The position numbers and the translations under genes were made by a program. This document shows, one piece after another, positions 19,469-30,504 of a stretch of DNA of 64,000 nucleotides. The notes beneath the pieces were generated by a model. The model had not been told where the DNA came from, ran no database searches, and saw only the letters and a list, made by a program, of their open reading frames with translations. The stretch comes from an uncultured Thermoleophilia bacterium. GTDB lineage: Bacteria > Actinomycetota > Thermoleophilia > UBA2241. Numbering within the stretch: the first letter of the stretch is position 1; every line of letters starts with the position of its first letter. Location of the stretch: NCBI GenBank assembly GCA_963695395.1, contig CAVOGK010000031.1:31637-95636 (forward strand). The letters are read 5' to 3'.

Positions 19469-20805
19469 GACGGTGATCTCCCAGAGCGCTTCGCGACCTC
19501 GATCATCTTCTTGACGTTCTCTCGCTTGGCCTCGTCCAGGAAGGCCGAGAAGTCCATCATGAAGCCGCCGCCCTTGCCGCAGACCTCGGCGAGTCTCAGG
19601 CAGTAGGCTTCGACTTCGTCGACGGACGCCGTGGCCAGCAGCGCGCTGGACACATTGCCCTCGATGCACTGCGAACCCGCCAACACTTCTTTCGCAAGGA
19701 AGGCGTCGGTGCCGCTCTCGAGGTGGACCAGGCAAGTCCCCGCAGGGATCTCTTTGAAGTGGTGGAGGCGCGAGTCGTACTTGCCCTGCGTGAAGACCCA
19801 CACGAGCAGACCCTCTTCCACCAGGCCGAGGATGAGTTTCTTCAGAGTCGGCCAGTAGAACTCCTCGTACTGCGCCTCGGACATGAGGCCGTCGGCGCCC
19901 TTGTAGAGGTAGACGGTGACGATCGGGTGTCCAAGGGCCTTGGCTCCGTCGATGCCGTACTGCAGTTGCCAGGGAAGCAGGCGCTCCATGAGAGCGGTCA
20001 TCTTCTCCGGCCTGCTATACATGTCGACGATCGAGCCGCGCCAGCCGCGGTAGTAGTTGCTGATGATGTCGAACGGCGCGTGGGCCATGGCACCCAGGAG
20101 GTGCGGGAGGGCCAGCCGGCCGCCCAGCTCCTGGTCGATGCGCCCCAGGTACTCGGACCACTCCTGCACGGCCTCTCCGGACGCCTGAAGCGCCCTCATG
20201 GCGTCCACCACGCCGGGGTTCTCGGCTGCGGCCAGGACCAGGTCGGACAGGCCTTGGTGGAACACGACCATGTTGCGGAGCGGCGGCAGCTGCGCCAGCG
20301 GCTCGAGCCTCGGAGAGAGTCGGGGCAGGTATTTACGCAGTATCCAGTCGGACGGGTCGTCCAGGTACTCGTCGTACTCCTCGGCTTTCATGTACTCGGC
20401 TTCCACGAACTGGAACGACTTGTCGTCGGGCAGGTGGACGCCGGGCAGGCGTACGCGGTTCCAGTCCAGTGCCTCGAACATGCCCGCCGGAAAGATGAAC
20501 TCGGGACCGACGTAGGCATCGAAGTCCGTGTCTTCGTACTGACGCACGTAGGCATCGAACGCCTTGTCGAACTCGGTCATCGCCTCCCTGAACGTCACCG
20601 GGCCGTAGTCGAGGGCGAACTTCTGGGTGGCAGCGGGAACGACCGGGATCTTGCCGGTGTCCTTGAGCCGGATGGTGTCGATGATGAGCTGGGCTCTGGC
20701 CTGGTATGTCTTCCTGGCCTCTTCGTTCGCGAAGTGCAGGTGCGCGCCGCTCACCCAGCGGGCGATGAGGCGATCTCCGAGTTTTTCCTCTGCTTCGTGC
20801 TGCAT
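19465..20805 (-). CDS. UroD/MtaA-CmuA-family protein (putative corrinoid methyltransferase)
   Basis: APFDII, YEEFYWPTLK, CIEGNV, GGGFM; adjacent to a corrinoid protein. Confidence 0.8.
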   Translation of the reverse strand: MQHEAEEKLGDRLIARWVSGAHLHFANEEARKTYQARAQLIIDTIRLKDTGKIPVVPAATQKFALDYGPVTFREAMTEFDKAFDAYVRQYEDTDFDAYVGPEFIFPAGMFEALDWNRVRLPGVHLPDDKSFQFVEAEYMKAEEYDEYLDDPSDWILRKYLPRLSPRLEPLAQLPPLRNMVVFHQGLSDLVLAAAENPGVVDAMRALQASGEAVQEWSEYLGRIDQELGGRLALPHLLGAMAHAPFDIISNYYRGWRGSIVDMYSRPEKMTALMERLLPWQLQYGIDGAKALGHPIVTVYLYKGADGLMSEAQYEEFYWPTLKKLILGLVEEGLLVWVFTQGKYDSRLHHFKEIPAGTCLVHLESGTDAFLAKEVLAGSQCIEGNVSSALLATASVDEVEAYCLRLAEVCGKGGGFMMDFSAFLDEAKRENVKKMIEVAKRSGRSPS

Positions 20806-21440
20806 CAGGCGCCTCCGTCGGTCCACTCGGCGGCGAGCTTCATCGCGTGACCCACGTCTGAGCCCCAGCCATCGGCGCCCGTGTACGCGCGCACGTTCTC
20901 GTCGACCGGAGCGCCGCCGATCATGATCTTGACCTTGTCGCGGAGACCGGCGGCCGCGATGCCGTCGACGGTACTCTTCATGGCGTCGAAGGCCAAGGTG
21001 AGCAGCCCGCTCAGCCCCACGATGTCGGCGTCGTGCTCCTCGATGGCGGCCACGAAGTCCTCGACCGGCACATCGATGCCCAGATCGTGCACGGAGTAGC
21101 CTTCCATGCCCAGCATGAGCGCCACGATGTCTTTTCCGATGTCGTGGATGTCGCCGTGGACCGTGCCGATGACGACCGTGCCCTTTGAGCTCTCCGTGTC
21201 GGGCCCGCCTCCCTCCGGCATCACTTCTTGCGAGATACTCCTCATGATCTCGCCGCCCATGATGAGCTCGGGGATGAACGCCTCACCTTCGGCGAAGCGG
21301 CGGCCGATCACCTGCATCGCCGCGCTGCCCTCCGCGATGATGGTCAGCGGGTCCGTTCCGTCGGCCAACATGCGCTTGGCGAGCGTCACAGCCTCGTCCA
21401 TGCGCAAGCTCACGATCGCGTCCGTCAACCCTTGAGGCAT
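20805..21440 (-). CDS. Corrinoid (B12-binding) protein
   Basis: GDIHDIGK, SGLLT and IGGA motifs. Confidence 0.92.
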   Translation of the reverse strand: MPQGLTDAIVSLRMDEAVTLAKRMLADGTDPLTIIAEGSAAMQVIGRRFAEGEAFIPELIMGGEIMRSISQEVMPEGGGPDTESSKGTVVIGTVHGDIHDIGKDIVALMLGMEGYSVHDLGIDVPVEDFVAAIEEHDADIVGLSGLLTLAFDAMKSTVDGIAAAGLRDKVKIMIGGAPVDENVRAYTGADGWGSDVGHAMKLAAEWTDGGA

Positions 21441-21490
21441 GCGTCCCCCTCGATTCGCCGGTGGTGAGGATGGACTCTAGCAGACAAGCA

Positions 21491-21514
21491 TCAGACCTGT
21501 CTAGACAGGTCTGA
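21491..21514. promoter_or_regulatory. GntR/HutC-type operator
   Basis: Perfect 24-bp palindrome TCAGACCTGTCTAGACAGGTCTGA between divergent genes. Confidence 0.8.
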
Positions 21515-21571
21515 AATCGTGCTACAATCCAGCCTCGACACGTCGACGTCGAGCCCCCAGCTGGAGAGCGT

Positions 21572-22333
21572 GTGAGCAAGCTCAGGCCCATCGATCGTTC
21601 ATCGCTCGAGGCCCCCTATTCACAAGTGGCGCGTGGCATGCGCGAGCGCATCATGAACGGGGAGTATCGAGCCGGCGACCGCCTCCCGTCCGAGGCGGAG
21701 CTTTGTGCGCTGTACGGCGTCAGCCGCATGACGGTGCGCCGGGCGGTGACTCTCCTGGCGCAGGACGGCGTCGTGTTCACGGAGAACGGACGCGGGACCT
21801 TCGTCAGGGCGCCGGAACTTGGGGCCGCGACGTTCGACCTCGGCAGCCTGCGGCGCCTCGTTGACGACGCGGCCACGACAGTGAAGATCAGCGAGGCACG
21901 GATCGTGCCGCCCTCCCCACGGGTGCGCCGCAAACTCGCGGTCGACGCTGAGTCTCCGGTGGTCGCCATCAAGCGCGTCCTCAGCAGCGCCGGCAGACCG
22001 GTCTTCTACCACAGTGAGTATCTCGTCTTTGACCCGCGGCGCCCGCTTGTCGAAGCCGAATACGGCGTGACTGCGCTGCGCGACCTCCTTGCGAACGCCG
22101 GGAAGTCGGGCTTCAAGTACGGCCGCCTCGAACTGCATGCCTCCACGCTCACGGACACCGAGGCCTCCTACCTCGGCGAAGAGCCGGGCATGTCGGCGTG
22201 GGTGATCGAACATCTCTTTTTCGACTTCGAGAACCGACCGGTGAGCTGGGGCCGGTTCATCGGCAGGTCTGACCGCCTCGATTTCTCGACGACGGTCGGC
22301 GTACCGGACGTCGGGAAGGGGGTGAGCGAGTGA
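21572..22333 (+). CDS. GntR regulator with UTRA domain
   Basis: RLPSEAELC.YGVSRMTVRRA. Confidence 0.92.
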   Translation: MSKLRPIDRSSLEAPYSQVARGMRERIMNGEYRAGDRLPSEAELCALYGVSRMTVRRAVTLLAQDGVVFTENGRGTFVRAPELGAATFDLGSLRRLVDDAATTVKISEARIVPPSPRVRRKLAVDAESPVVAIKRVLSSAGRPVFYHSEYLVFDPRRPLVEAEYGVTALRDLLANAGKSGFKYGRLELHASTLTDTEASYLGEEPGMSAWVIEHLFFDFENRPVSWGRFIGRSDRLDFSTTVGVPDVGKGVSE

Positions 22334-22976
22334 CTTCCTCGTCCGCGGACGACCTGGCAGGACTGATCGTGGGGATGGACCAGCGAGGCAGCCTCAACGC
22401 CATACGCGAGCGGCTCGCCGCCGGCGAAGACCCACGCAGACTGATGGAGGAGTGCCGCGCGGGGATGGAACAGGTCGGCAGGATGTACGAGAGTGGCGAG
22501 TACTTCGTCTCCGCACTCATCATGGCCGGGGAGATCTTCCGCCAAGCCGCGGACATGCTGGTTCCTCTGATGACGGCCACGGAGTGGCCACAGGACTCGC
22601 GCAAGGTCGTCATCGCGACGGTCAGGGGCGATATCCACGACATCGGCAAGAACATCGCGGTGACGCTGCTCGAGGCCCGAGGCTTCACGGTCGTTGACCT
22701 CGGCGTCGACGTCGATCCCGAGCTGGTCGCGGACGCAGTCGCGGCGGAGCGCCCTGACGTGCTCGGGCTCTCGTGCCTCCTGACGACGGGATTTGGGATC
22801 TTGCGCGAGACGATCGAACTCGTGCGCGAGCGTACCGCTGACCGGGAGCAGCGCCTACCGGTGGTGATCGGTGGAACGGCCATCGACCAGCACACAGCGG
22901 AGCAAGCGGGCGCGGACGGCTGGTGCACCGACGCAGCGCCGACGGGATCGCCGTGGTGCACTCCTTGCTGGGTTGA
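22330..22976 (+). CDS. Second corrinoid protein (probable frameshift near 22935)
   Basis: GDIHDIGKN, SCLLT; a natural-looking end ADGIAVVHSLLG* lies in a shifted frame. Confidence 0.85.
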
Positions 22977-23018
22977 CGCTGGCAGCAGATCGCCCGCCCC
23001 GCGCGATAATGTCGGGCC

Positions 23019-24071
23019 ATGGACCCCGACCGCCTCACCGGCTTCGTCTCACCCCGTGAAGAAGGAACGGCTTCCCCGTGCGCGGACGCTGGCAGCTGGT
23101 GGGTGAACCTGCCGCCCGAGCCTGCGTTCGACAGTGACGGGCAGCCCGTGCTGGACTCGAAGGGCCGCCAGAAGCAGCGCCCCGGAAGACCACCGAGGTG
23201 GTCGCGGCGAAGCTGCGCGGGAGCAAGAAGGCGAGGCCGCTGGCCGAGACCACCGTCGCCCACCACCACGCGATGCTCAAGACCGCCTACAACTGGGCGC
23301 TCGAGGAGGAGCTCCTGCTGGTCAACCCGGCGCTTCGCGTCAGGAACCCTCCGGCGCTGCACCCGAAGACGCGCCCGGTGTGGAGCATGGGGGAGATCGC
23401 GCGCGCGGTCATCTAAGCCCGCGGATCTGCAGGTCCACGCCGCCGGCGTGCTCGCCGGCTTCTCGGGCCTCAGGGTCGGCGAGATCTCCGGACTCCTCTG
23501 GAGCGACCTCGACCTCGAGCGCGGCTTCGTCACCGTCTGCCGCACGATCGAGGAAGACGAGGACGGCACGCCTGCTCGAGTACCCGCCGAAGAACGGCAG
23601 GGCGCGGACCGTGCCGCTGCCCGCCGCCGCCTGCGACGAGCTCCGCGTCTGGCTCTCAGCCCAGAAGGAGTACCGCCTGGCCCAGGGCCCGGCCTGGAAC
23701 GAGGCCGGCCGCGTGGTCCCCAGGAAGGACGGCTCCCAGATGGCCCCCTCGACCCTGAAGAGCCAGTGGTGGAACTGGGTGGCGAGGCAGAGGATCGACC
23801 CGCACTGCCGATCCACGGCCTGCGCGACTCGTTCGGCACCTGGGTCTACGAGACCTACGGGGTGAAGCAGGCGCAGGAGTGGCTCGGGCACTCCGATCCG
23901 GCGACCACGCTCAGGCACTACGTGCGCCTCACCACGGCTGCGCGGGCGAAGGCCGTGGCCGGGCTCGACGAGCTGACGCGGGCCGCGCTCGAGCGGGCTG
24001 AGGAGAGGGTCCTCGAAGATGCCAAGCCGCGCCCCGATAACGTGGTGGCGCTCGCAAGCCACCGCCGATAG
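23019..24071 (+). pseudogene. Tyrosine integrase pseudogene (internal deletion, frameshifts)
   Basis: Very similar to 50894-52198; jumps from KTTEVV to AAKLRGSKK; retains SGLRVGE, HGLRD, LGHS..Y. Confidence 0.92.
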
Positions 24072-24130
24072 CCCTCCCGCTGGCGCTCGATCACCCGCTG
24101 TGGCTGTCGCTTCCGGCCGCCCCGCCGCAC

Positions 24131-24167
24131 GTTTCCCGCAGATTCAGCAACTTCCTGGCAACTTGCC
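24131..24167 (+). repeat. Orphan att arm after the integrase pseudogene
   Basis: GTTTCCCGCAGATTCAGCAACTTCCTGGCAACTTGCC, compare 40024-40060. Confidence 0.7.
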
Positions 24168-24349
24168 CCGAAGTCCCGTGCGCCGCCAAAGAGCCGATGG
24201 CAGTCTTCGAGCCGAGGTACGCTTTCCCGCCGAGGGACATGGTCCGGTCGCTCGCAGATCGGCGCCCTTGCGGCTCGCGTGCACGAAGTCGAACGATCTG
24301 GGCCGAAAGCCTCCTCGGGAAGCTCGCTGGGCGGACTGGCGGAGGGTCC

Positions 24350-25560
24350 TATGAGGCGGTCTCGGTCGCCGGCTTCGCGCGCCCGAGCAGCGACTGCGCG
24401 AACGCCGGGAACAGCACCCCAGAGAGCAGGCCGGCGAGGACCATCGACGACGCGACGGACGAGGACACCAGCCCGGCCCCGACCCGAGCTCGGCGCGACC
24501 ACGACGAAGGACACGTTGGTCGCCTGCATCAGTCCGCTGCGCCGACGATGCCCGGCGCCCTGATCGAGCCTCGATAGAGCAGCGCCGGCGCCGCCCGGGC
24601 GATGGTCAGGACCGCGAAGAACCCGAGGGCCGCGAGCAGGCCGGACGGCGTCAGTGCGGCCCGGATGTCGAGGCGCATGCCGCTGACGATGAAGAAGATC
24701 GGCACGAAGAAGCCGAAGCCGATGGCGTCGAGGCGGGTCCCGAACAGGGATTCCCGCTCGGTCCCCCTCATCAGCGCCCCGAAGAGGATGCCAGCGATGA
24801 ACGTGCCGAGGATCGCCTCGAAGCCGAAGATGGCGGCGATGGAGGCGGCTTCCAGGACCACCACGACGATGAAGCGTGTGGTGATCTGCGATGTCGTCAG
24901 GTCCAGACGCGCGGCCACGCGCCTCCCCGGTGTCCACGCGGCGGCGCGGCGCAGGCCCCAGCCGACGGCGACGATGACGAGCACGAACACGACGAGGACG
25001 AGCAGGCCGACCGCCACGAAGAGCAACTCCTGGACCACGGACTCCGCCGGGACGGCGAACAGCACGCCGAGCAGGGCGATGCTGGCGAACTCGGCGACGG
25101 CCCCGCCGGCGACGACCAGCGTCCCCACGTCCGAGTGCAGGTTGTGCGTGTCGCGAAGCACCGGCACGACGATGCCCACCGACGTCGAACAGAGGGCGAC
25201 CGCGACGAGCAGCGGGGTGAACTCGATGCCGGCGGCATGCAGGGCGAACGCGCCGGCGACGGCGAGGACGAAGGAGACGCCGAAGCCGACCATGCCGAGC
25301 CGGAGCGGCCTGCCGCGCAGCGCGCCGAGATCGAGTTCGACACCGGCCAGGAACAGCAGGAACGCGACCCCGAGCAGGGCGAGGAAGCGCGCGACGTCGT
25401 CGACGCGCAGCCAGTCCAGCACCTGCGGCCCGACGAGGATGCCGGCGACGATCTCCAGCACGATCGCCGGGACGCGGAGCCGCGGGAAGAAGCCGAGCAC
25501 GAACGGCACGGCGAAGGCGAGCACCGCGATGCCGAACAGGTTGAAGAGGTATTCTTCCGA
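24350..25560 (-). pseudogene. Cation:proton antiporter (CPA2-like), frameshifted 3' end
   Basis: LEIVAGILVGP, FLAGVELD, GFGFFVPIFF; tail QATNVSFVVV in another frame; start uncertain. Confidence 0.75.
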
Positions 25561-25689
25561 GTCCCCTCCCGGGGGGTGTCGAGCGCGTTGGTCGTCAGCC
25601 TATCGCGCACTGGTCGTCGACGAGCCCACGCGGGGCGCCCTTGAGCTCCAACGAGCAGGCCGCAGACGGCCCCGGTAGCGACCGACGAT

Positions 25690-26016
25690 TCAGTCGGTAC
25701 GAACGACGACGGCCGTGCCCGACACGGTGACAAGCAGCATGGACCCGTTGGCGCCGACGCCCTCGATGTCCAGGGAGACGCCGACGATCGCTGTGGCGCC
25801 GAGGTCCTCGGCGGCCTTCTGCATCTCCGACATCGCCTCGTTCTGGGCCTTGCCGATCTCGTCCTCGTAGACATCGGCGCGACCGCCGACGATGTTGCGG
25901 CCGAGCGCCTTGAAATCCTTGCCCACGTGGACGCCGTGGATCGCCGTACCGCTGACGATGCCCTTGTACTCGGCGATGGGCCGGCCCTCCACGGTGGAGG
26001 TGGTCGTGACGATCAT
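25690..26016 (-). CDS. YbjQ/UPF0145 heavy-metal-binding family protein
   Basis: MIVTTT..EG, RNIVGGR, GA.AIVGV, MLLVTVSGTAV. Confidence 0.9.
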   Translation of the reverse strand: MIVTTTSTVEGRPIAEYKGIVSGTAIHGVHVGKDFKALGRNIVGGRADVYEDEIGKAQNEAMSEMQKAAEDLGATAIVGVSLDIEGVGANGSMLLVTVSGTAVVVRTD

Positions 26017-26041
26017 GGTGGTCTCCTTCTCCCTGGGTGCG

Positions 26042-26876
26042 CTACGCCTCGACGGTGGCCGCCTGCGCGGTCGCCTTCGGCTTGAGGATCTTCTTCGCCC
26101 CCACGATCACGAGGATGACCGCGACAAGCACGAGCAGCGACTGCAGAAGGCCGGCTCCGGCTGTGGCGATGTCCATCTTGGCGCGCCGCCACGGCCCCGG
26201 CCTTGCCGGCCACGTGGCTGAAGCGAGCCGAAGTCCCAGAGCGCGTGCAGGACCATGACGACGACGATCGTGCCGTGATGCGCCGGATGGCGTAGAAGAT
26301 GCTCGCCGAGGACGAAGGCGAAGAAGAACTGGCGGATGGTGGGCACTGCACCCTGACCGAGGATGAGGTTCACGCCGTGGAGGAGGCCGAAGAGGAGCGA
26401 GGTGAAGGAGCCAGACCTTGACCTCGCCGTAGCCGTGGAGCCGACGAGCGCGAGGCCGCGGTAGGTCATTCTCGCTGAGCTGATGCCGCTGGTGCCGAGG
26501 GCCAGCCAGATCATCATCGCGCTGCCGATGTCGCCGAGGTTGCCGTAGTCGATGCCGAGCAGGGTGGCGATGAACATGATGTATGGGCACGGCCGAGGAG
26601 CCAGCGCGGGCGGGCGCGCGGCTTCGGTACGTGCAGCGTCGGGACGCCACCAGACGTAGCAGCGTCGTGACGACGATGAGGACGAGCGAGCCGAAGGACG
26701 GCGACGGGGACGATGATGTCCTTGACCATGGTGTCGGTCGTGGTCGATGCGTCGGTAGTCGATGCCATTGATCAGCTCAGAACGAGGAAGAGGATGCCGT
26801 AGCCGATGCCGACGGCCCAGGCGACGGCGGGTCGCTGGACTTCGATGTGGGTCGATCCTTTCGACTCGAAACATAT
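26042..26876 (-). pseudogene. CPBP (CAAX protease) family gene, heavily frameshifted
   Basis: TSLLFGLLHGVN and MVLHALWDF motifs scattered over frames. Confidence 0.65.
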
Positions 26877-26987
26877 GCGCCCTGGTGCGGCGAGACACGC
26901 AATTGCGCCGTCAAGACCGCGGAAACGTCGGATCGTCATACCCGGCGGCGCCCTGCTGTAGAAATGTGCTGAGTGTGGTCGCCGTAC

Positions 26988-27115
26988 TCTCCCGCAGATT
27001 CAGCAACCTACTAGCAACGTGGCATTCTGCCGGGCCCAGGAACACAAAGACTGCAAGGCGGACAATGCCCTCGTAGCTCAGTGGATAGAGCAGGCCTCCT
27101 GGTACCGCAGCCTGG
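26988..27115 (+). repeat. att junction 7: arm, tRNA 5' fragment (27067-27092) and CCGCAGCCTGG
   Basis: First 26 nt identical to the tRNA at 54584, then diverged. Confidence 0.85.
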
Positions 27116-27329
27116 TGTCTATGGGGCACTGAGGCCACTGACGTCGGCTACATGCCGCTGGCGCCCGAGCTGGTCGTACTGAAGCGGTGACACGATCTCT
27201 GATCACACCATCCCGATATCGCGACTCGACGTGACCGTCGTTGACCCTGCAGGAGACCCTGGTGAAAGCGGGCGTCGATCCTGGCCCAGCGACGCGGCAG
27301 AGCTGGCAGTTCTGCTGCTGCGCCACCTG

Positions 27330-27945
27330 GACTTCGTAGCCGCTTCTCGGGCTTGGCGGGTAGCAGGTTCTGGGCCTGCTGGTTGATCTTCGACCTCACG
27401 CGCGGATCTCCAACGTGCAGCGGACGATCGAGGAGGACGAGGACGGCACGCTCCGAGATCCGCTGAAAGAACGGCAAGGCCCGCGCCTGGCCCTTGCCCG
27501 CTGCTGCTGGCGACGAGCTGCGCGTTCCGCCACGGCGCAGAAGGAGATCCGCCTGGGCTAGGGAGGGCCCGGCCTGGGAACGAGGCCGGCCGCGCTGGTC
27601 CCGAAGAAGGATCTGCAACTGATATGGGCCCCTCGACCTTGAGGAGCCAGTGGCGGCAACCGGGCGGCGCCAGAAGACTCGACCTGGATCTGCCGATCCA
27701 TGGCCTGAGCCATCTTCGGCATCTGGTCTACGAGGCCTACGGTCAACAGGCGCAGGTGGCCCGGCGATCCGACCCGGCGACCATGCTGCGCCACGACGTG
27801 CGCCTGACCACCGCCGCGCCGGCCGAAGGCAGTGGCCGGCCTCGACCAGGCTCACGCGGCGGCGCTCGGGGCCGCTGAAGACAAGGTCCTGGAAGGACGC
27901 CCAGCCGCTTGAGGACAACGTCGTCGCGCTCTCCAGCCGACGCCA
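27330..27945 (+). pseudogene. Degenerate integrase C-terminal half
   Basis: TIEEDEDGT, KNGKAR, STLRSQW, LPIHGL, DPATMLRH, DNVVALSSRR across frames. Confidence 0.85.
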
Positions 27946-27973
27946 CGGGCACGTATCATCGCCGCGACCTTTC

Positions 27974-28454
27974 TCAACAACGGCGAGCTTGCCGCGCCAG
28001 GAGCGCTTGAGCACGCGCCTCGACGAGGTCCTTGAAGCGCCCGAGGTCGGTCGCCACCACCTGGTTCACCGCAGAGAGCACTTCGCTCGGCGTCTCGAGC
28101 ACCCGTCCGGCTCCCAGGTCATCGTGAACGTGACGCGGCACGACGACTCGCCGAGCGGCTCGAACGACGCGGAGCCCGAATCCGGCTTCTGACCGGGCGT
28201 CCCGCCGAGGGTCTCCCAGGAGACGCGGCTGTCGCGGGTCTGCTCGGTGATCCGCGCGTCCCACTCGCGGGTCTCGCCCTCGACCGTAGCGAACTCGTCT
28301 CTGACCTTCGCGACCCAGTGCAGGCGGCCGTCGCCGGTCTGCCGGACAGACGCGACGCCCTCCATCCACTGGGGGAAGCTGTCGAACCGGGTCCACTGCC
28401 ATAGGCAGTGGTGACGTCGACGTTCACGTCGATCGACTGTTCTACGGTAGGCAT
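27974..28454 (-). pseudogene. SRPBCC/polyketide-cyclase family gene, frameshifted
   Basis: MPTVEQSIDV, QWTRFDSFPQWMEGV, DLGRFKDLVE in three frames. Confidence 0.75.
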
Positions 28455-28611
28455 GGAGTACGCCTCCTGATCGTCTCAAGGGTTGCCTTCGGCCGAGGCC
28501 AGGGGTGCTGGATGGTACCCAGTCGCCCCCGGCCTCGGCCGGCTCTTGGTGCTCGCGCCGCTCAGGCCGCGGACGAAGCGCGCGTCCGCGTGGCCCGCGG
28601 CGCGACGCTCG

Positions 28612-29349
28612 TCACGCCGCCGGTCGCAGCTCGCTCTTGGGAGCGGTCGCGGCGGTCGCGGGCTCCACGGACTCGTCGGTCTCGAAGCCGAGCTGCTGCA
28701 GACCGACCGCCCTGAACCCCCTGACGACGAGGTAGACGCCCAGCGAGAACTCCCACAGGGCGATCGGGAGTGCCAGGAGCCCCGACATCGCGGAGCCGTA
28801 CTCGTTGGCGCCGAACAACGTGGCCATGGTGGAGGCGATGAGCAGGGGCGCTCCGATGAATCCGATCACGGGCAGGATCCGCGGCACGAGGCGCGACTGG
28901 TAGAGAAGTGAGCCCAGCAGCAGGGCGTTTACGGCCGGAAGGAGGCTTTGGCTGAGGGTGAAGGTCCAGTCATGCAGGCCGACCAGCGTCTGGCCGGTGG
29001 CGAGCGCACCCGCGCCGGCTCCGGCCTGTCGCAAGGTCACGACTGCCAGGAGGGTGAAGACGCCGGCGAAGATGGCGCCGGCTTCCAGGGTGCGGACGGC
29101 GACGAAGCCCAGCGCGACCCCTTCGTTCTGCCGCTTGACCACCGGGTAGAGCGCGACGGCGGTGCCGATGCAGGCGAGGGCCACGATGATCTCCAGGACG
29201 CTGCCGACGAACACACTGGTGTCCGGCCCGGGGCCGACGACGTAGTTCGCTCCGCGCACTGCATTGTAGAGAAACAGGGTCGGGATCGAGACGAAGGTGA
29301 GCAGGTAGAACGCGCCTGCCACCAGCGCTGTCTTTCTAGTCGAAGTCAT
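28612..29349 (-). CDS. DUF4386 membrane protein
   Basis: RKTALVAG, LYQSRLVPR, WEFSLGVYLVVRGF. Confidence 0.85.
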   Translation of the reverse strand: MTSTRKTALVAGAFYLLTFVSIPTLFLYNAVRGANYVVGPGPDTSVFVGSVLEIIVALACIGTAVALYPVVKRQNEGVALGFVAVRTLEAGAIFAGVFTLLAVVTLRQAGAGAGALATGQTLVGLHDWTFTLSQSLLPAVNALLLGSLLYQSRLVPRILPVIGFIGAPLLIASTMATLFGANEYGSAMSGLLALPIALWEFSLGVYLVVRGFRAVGLQQLGFETDESVEPATAATAPKSELRPAA

Positions 29350-29504
29350 GTTGATCGACTCCCAGGGTCGGCTCCTTGCAGAGCCGACGTTCGCGATTAT
29401 TATAATGCTATTTTGTTAGGATACATAGTGGAGGAAAACCCCTACTTGGTCGGGGATGGCCGAGTGTTCCCGGTGCGTCGCAAGTCGAACCCAAGGGGCC
29501 GACC

Positions 29505-29590
29505 ACGAGAGCCGGTCGAGCGTGTCGAGGAGACGATCGTCGAGGACCGCCCCTCGCGTCGCGACCGTTCTCTCACCAGCCTTGCGAGCG
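29505..29590 (+). pseudogene. Highly degenerate integrase tail remnant
   Basis: ERVEETIVED..SLAS versus ERAEETVLED..SL at 7415-7550. Confidence 0.4.
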
Positions 29591-29691
29591 ACTTCTCGCG
29601 CGTGTGAGGAGGCGTAGGCCCTCGAGGGTCACCGATGCGCGTGGCGGGCGGGTGCGGCTGCAAGGGAGTCGGCTAGAGAGGCGGTCTCGGA

Positions 29692-30426
29692 TCAGGCCGG
29701 CAAGCTGGCTCCGGAGTCGACGACCTCAACGCCCTTGACGAGGAGCCAGAGCCCCAGGCCGACTTCCGCGACGAAGCCCAGGACGAAGGCTGGGTAGCTG
29801 ATCGCGGGGTGGGCCGGCAGCAGCAGGGCCTGAAGGAACCAGATCAGGACACCGATTCCGTCGAGCATCAGAAGGACGCCCAGGAACCTGGGAAGGAATC
29901 CGGACTTGTAGACCAGGTAGCCGAGCGGGAACAACCACGTGCCGAAGAACAGCTGCGCCGTGACGAAGCCCGTCTTGTAGACGCCGATGGACAAGTACGC
30001 CAGCCCCTCCAGCTGCGCCGCCGAGAAGGCCTGCAGGTGGTTGGCCGCATCTCCCTGCAACAGCGCGGATAGGAGCGGGAACATGCTTGCGCACTGTATG
30101 GCCACGCCGACCGCGTTGAGCAGTAGGAAGAGCAACGCCAGGTGCTGGTTGACCGGTCGCAGAAGAACGTAGAGACCCCAGGCAGCCATGAGGAAGAGGA
30201 AGGCCGATATCAACGCGACAACAAGAGCGAGCCGGAACGACCAGGCATTCGTGACGATCGACTCGTAGACCTGGTCGACTCCGCCCATCCCGATGTGCCC
30301 AAGCACGCCGGCAAGCACGGACGCCAGGACGAACGCGAGGTAGAAGCCGCCCGCGATCCTGGCCACCTTGTCCGGCGCCAGGTGATCCGTGAGGTTGCGA
30401 GACATCCCGGTCCCTCCTCCAGTCAT
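29692..30426 (-). CDS. DUF4386 membrane protein
   Basis: ARIAG, LFFGTWLFPLGYLVYKSGFLPR, AEVGLGLWLLVKG. Confidence 0.85.
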   Translation of the reverse strand: MTGGGTGMSRNLTDHLAPDKVARIAGGFYLAFVLASVLAGVLGHIGMGGVDQVYESIVTNAWSFRLALVVALISAFLFLMAAWGLYVLLRPVNQHLALLFLLLNAVGVAIQCASMFPLLSALLQGDAANHLQAFSAAQLEGLAYLSIGVYKTGFVTAQLFFGTWLFPLGYLVYKSGFLPRFLGVLLMLDGIGVLIWFLQALLLPAHPAISYPAFVLGFVAEVGLGLWLLVKGVEVVDSGASLPA

Positions 30427-30504
30427 ACGACCGCGCTCACTCTGTCACACGCCCATTCGAGCCTGCCGTACAGATCGCCAATGACTACTCCAGAGCGAGA
30501 ATCC

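Noticed and set aside
29428-29456. GGAGGAAAACCCCTAC as another att arm remnant
   Set aside because: The match is short, has no tRNA part or GCAACT repeats, and is equally explained as a regulatory site upstream of the DUF4386 gene.
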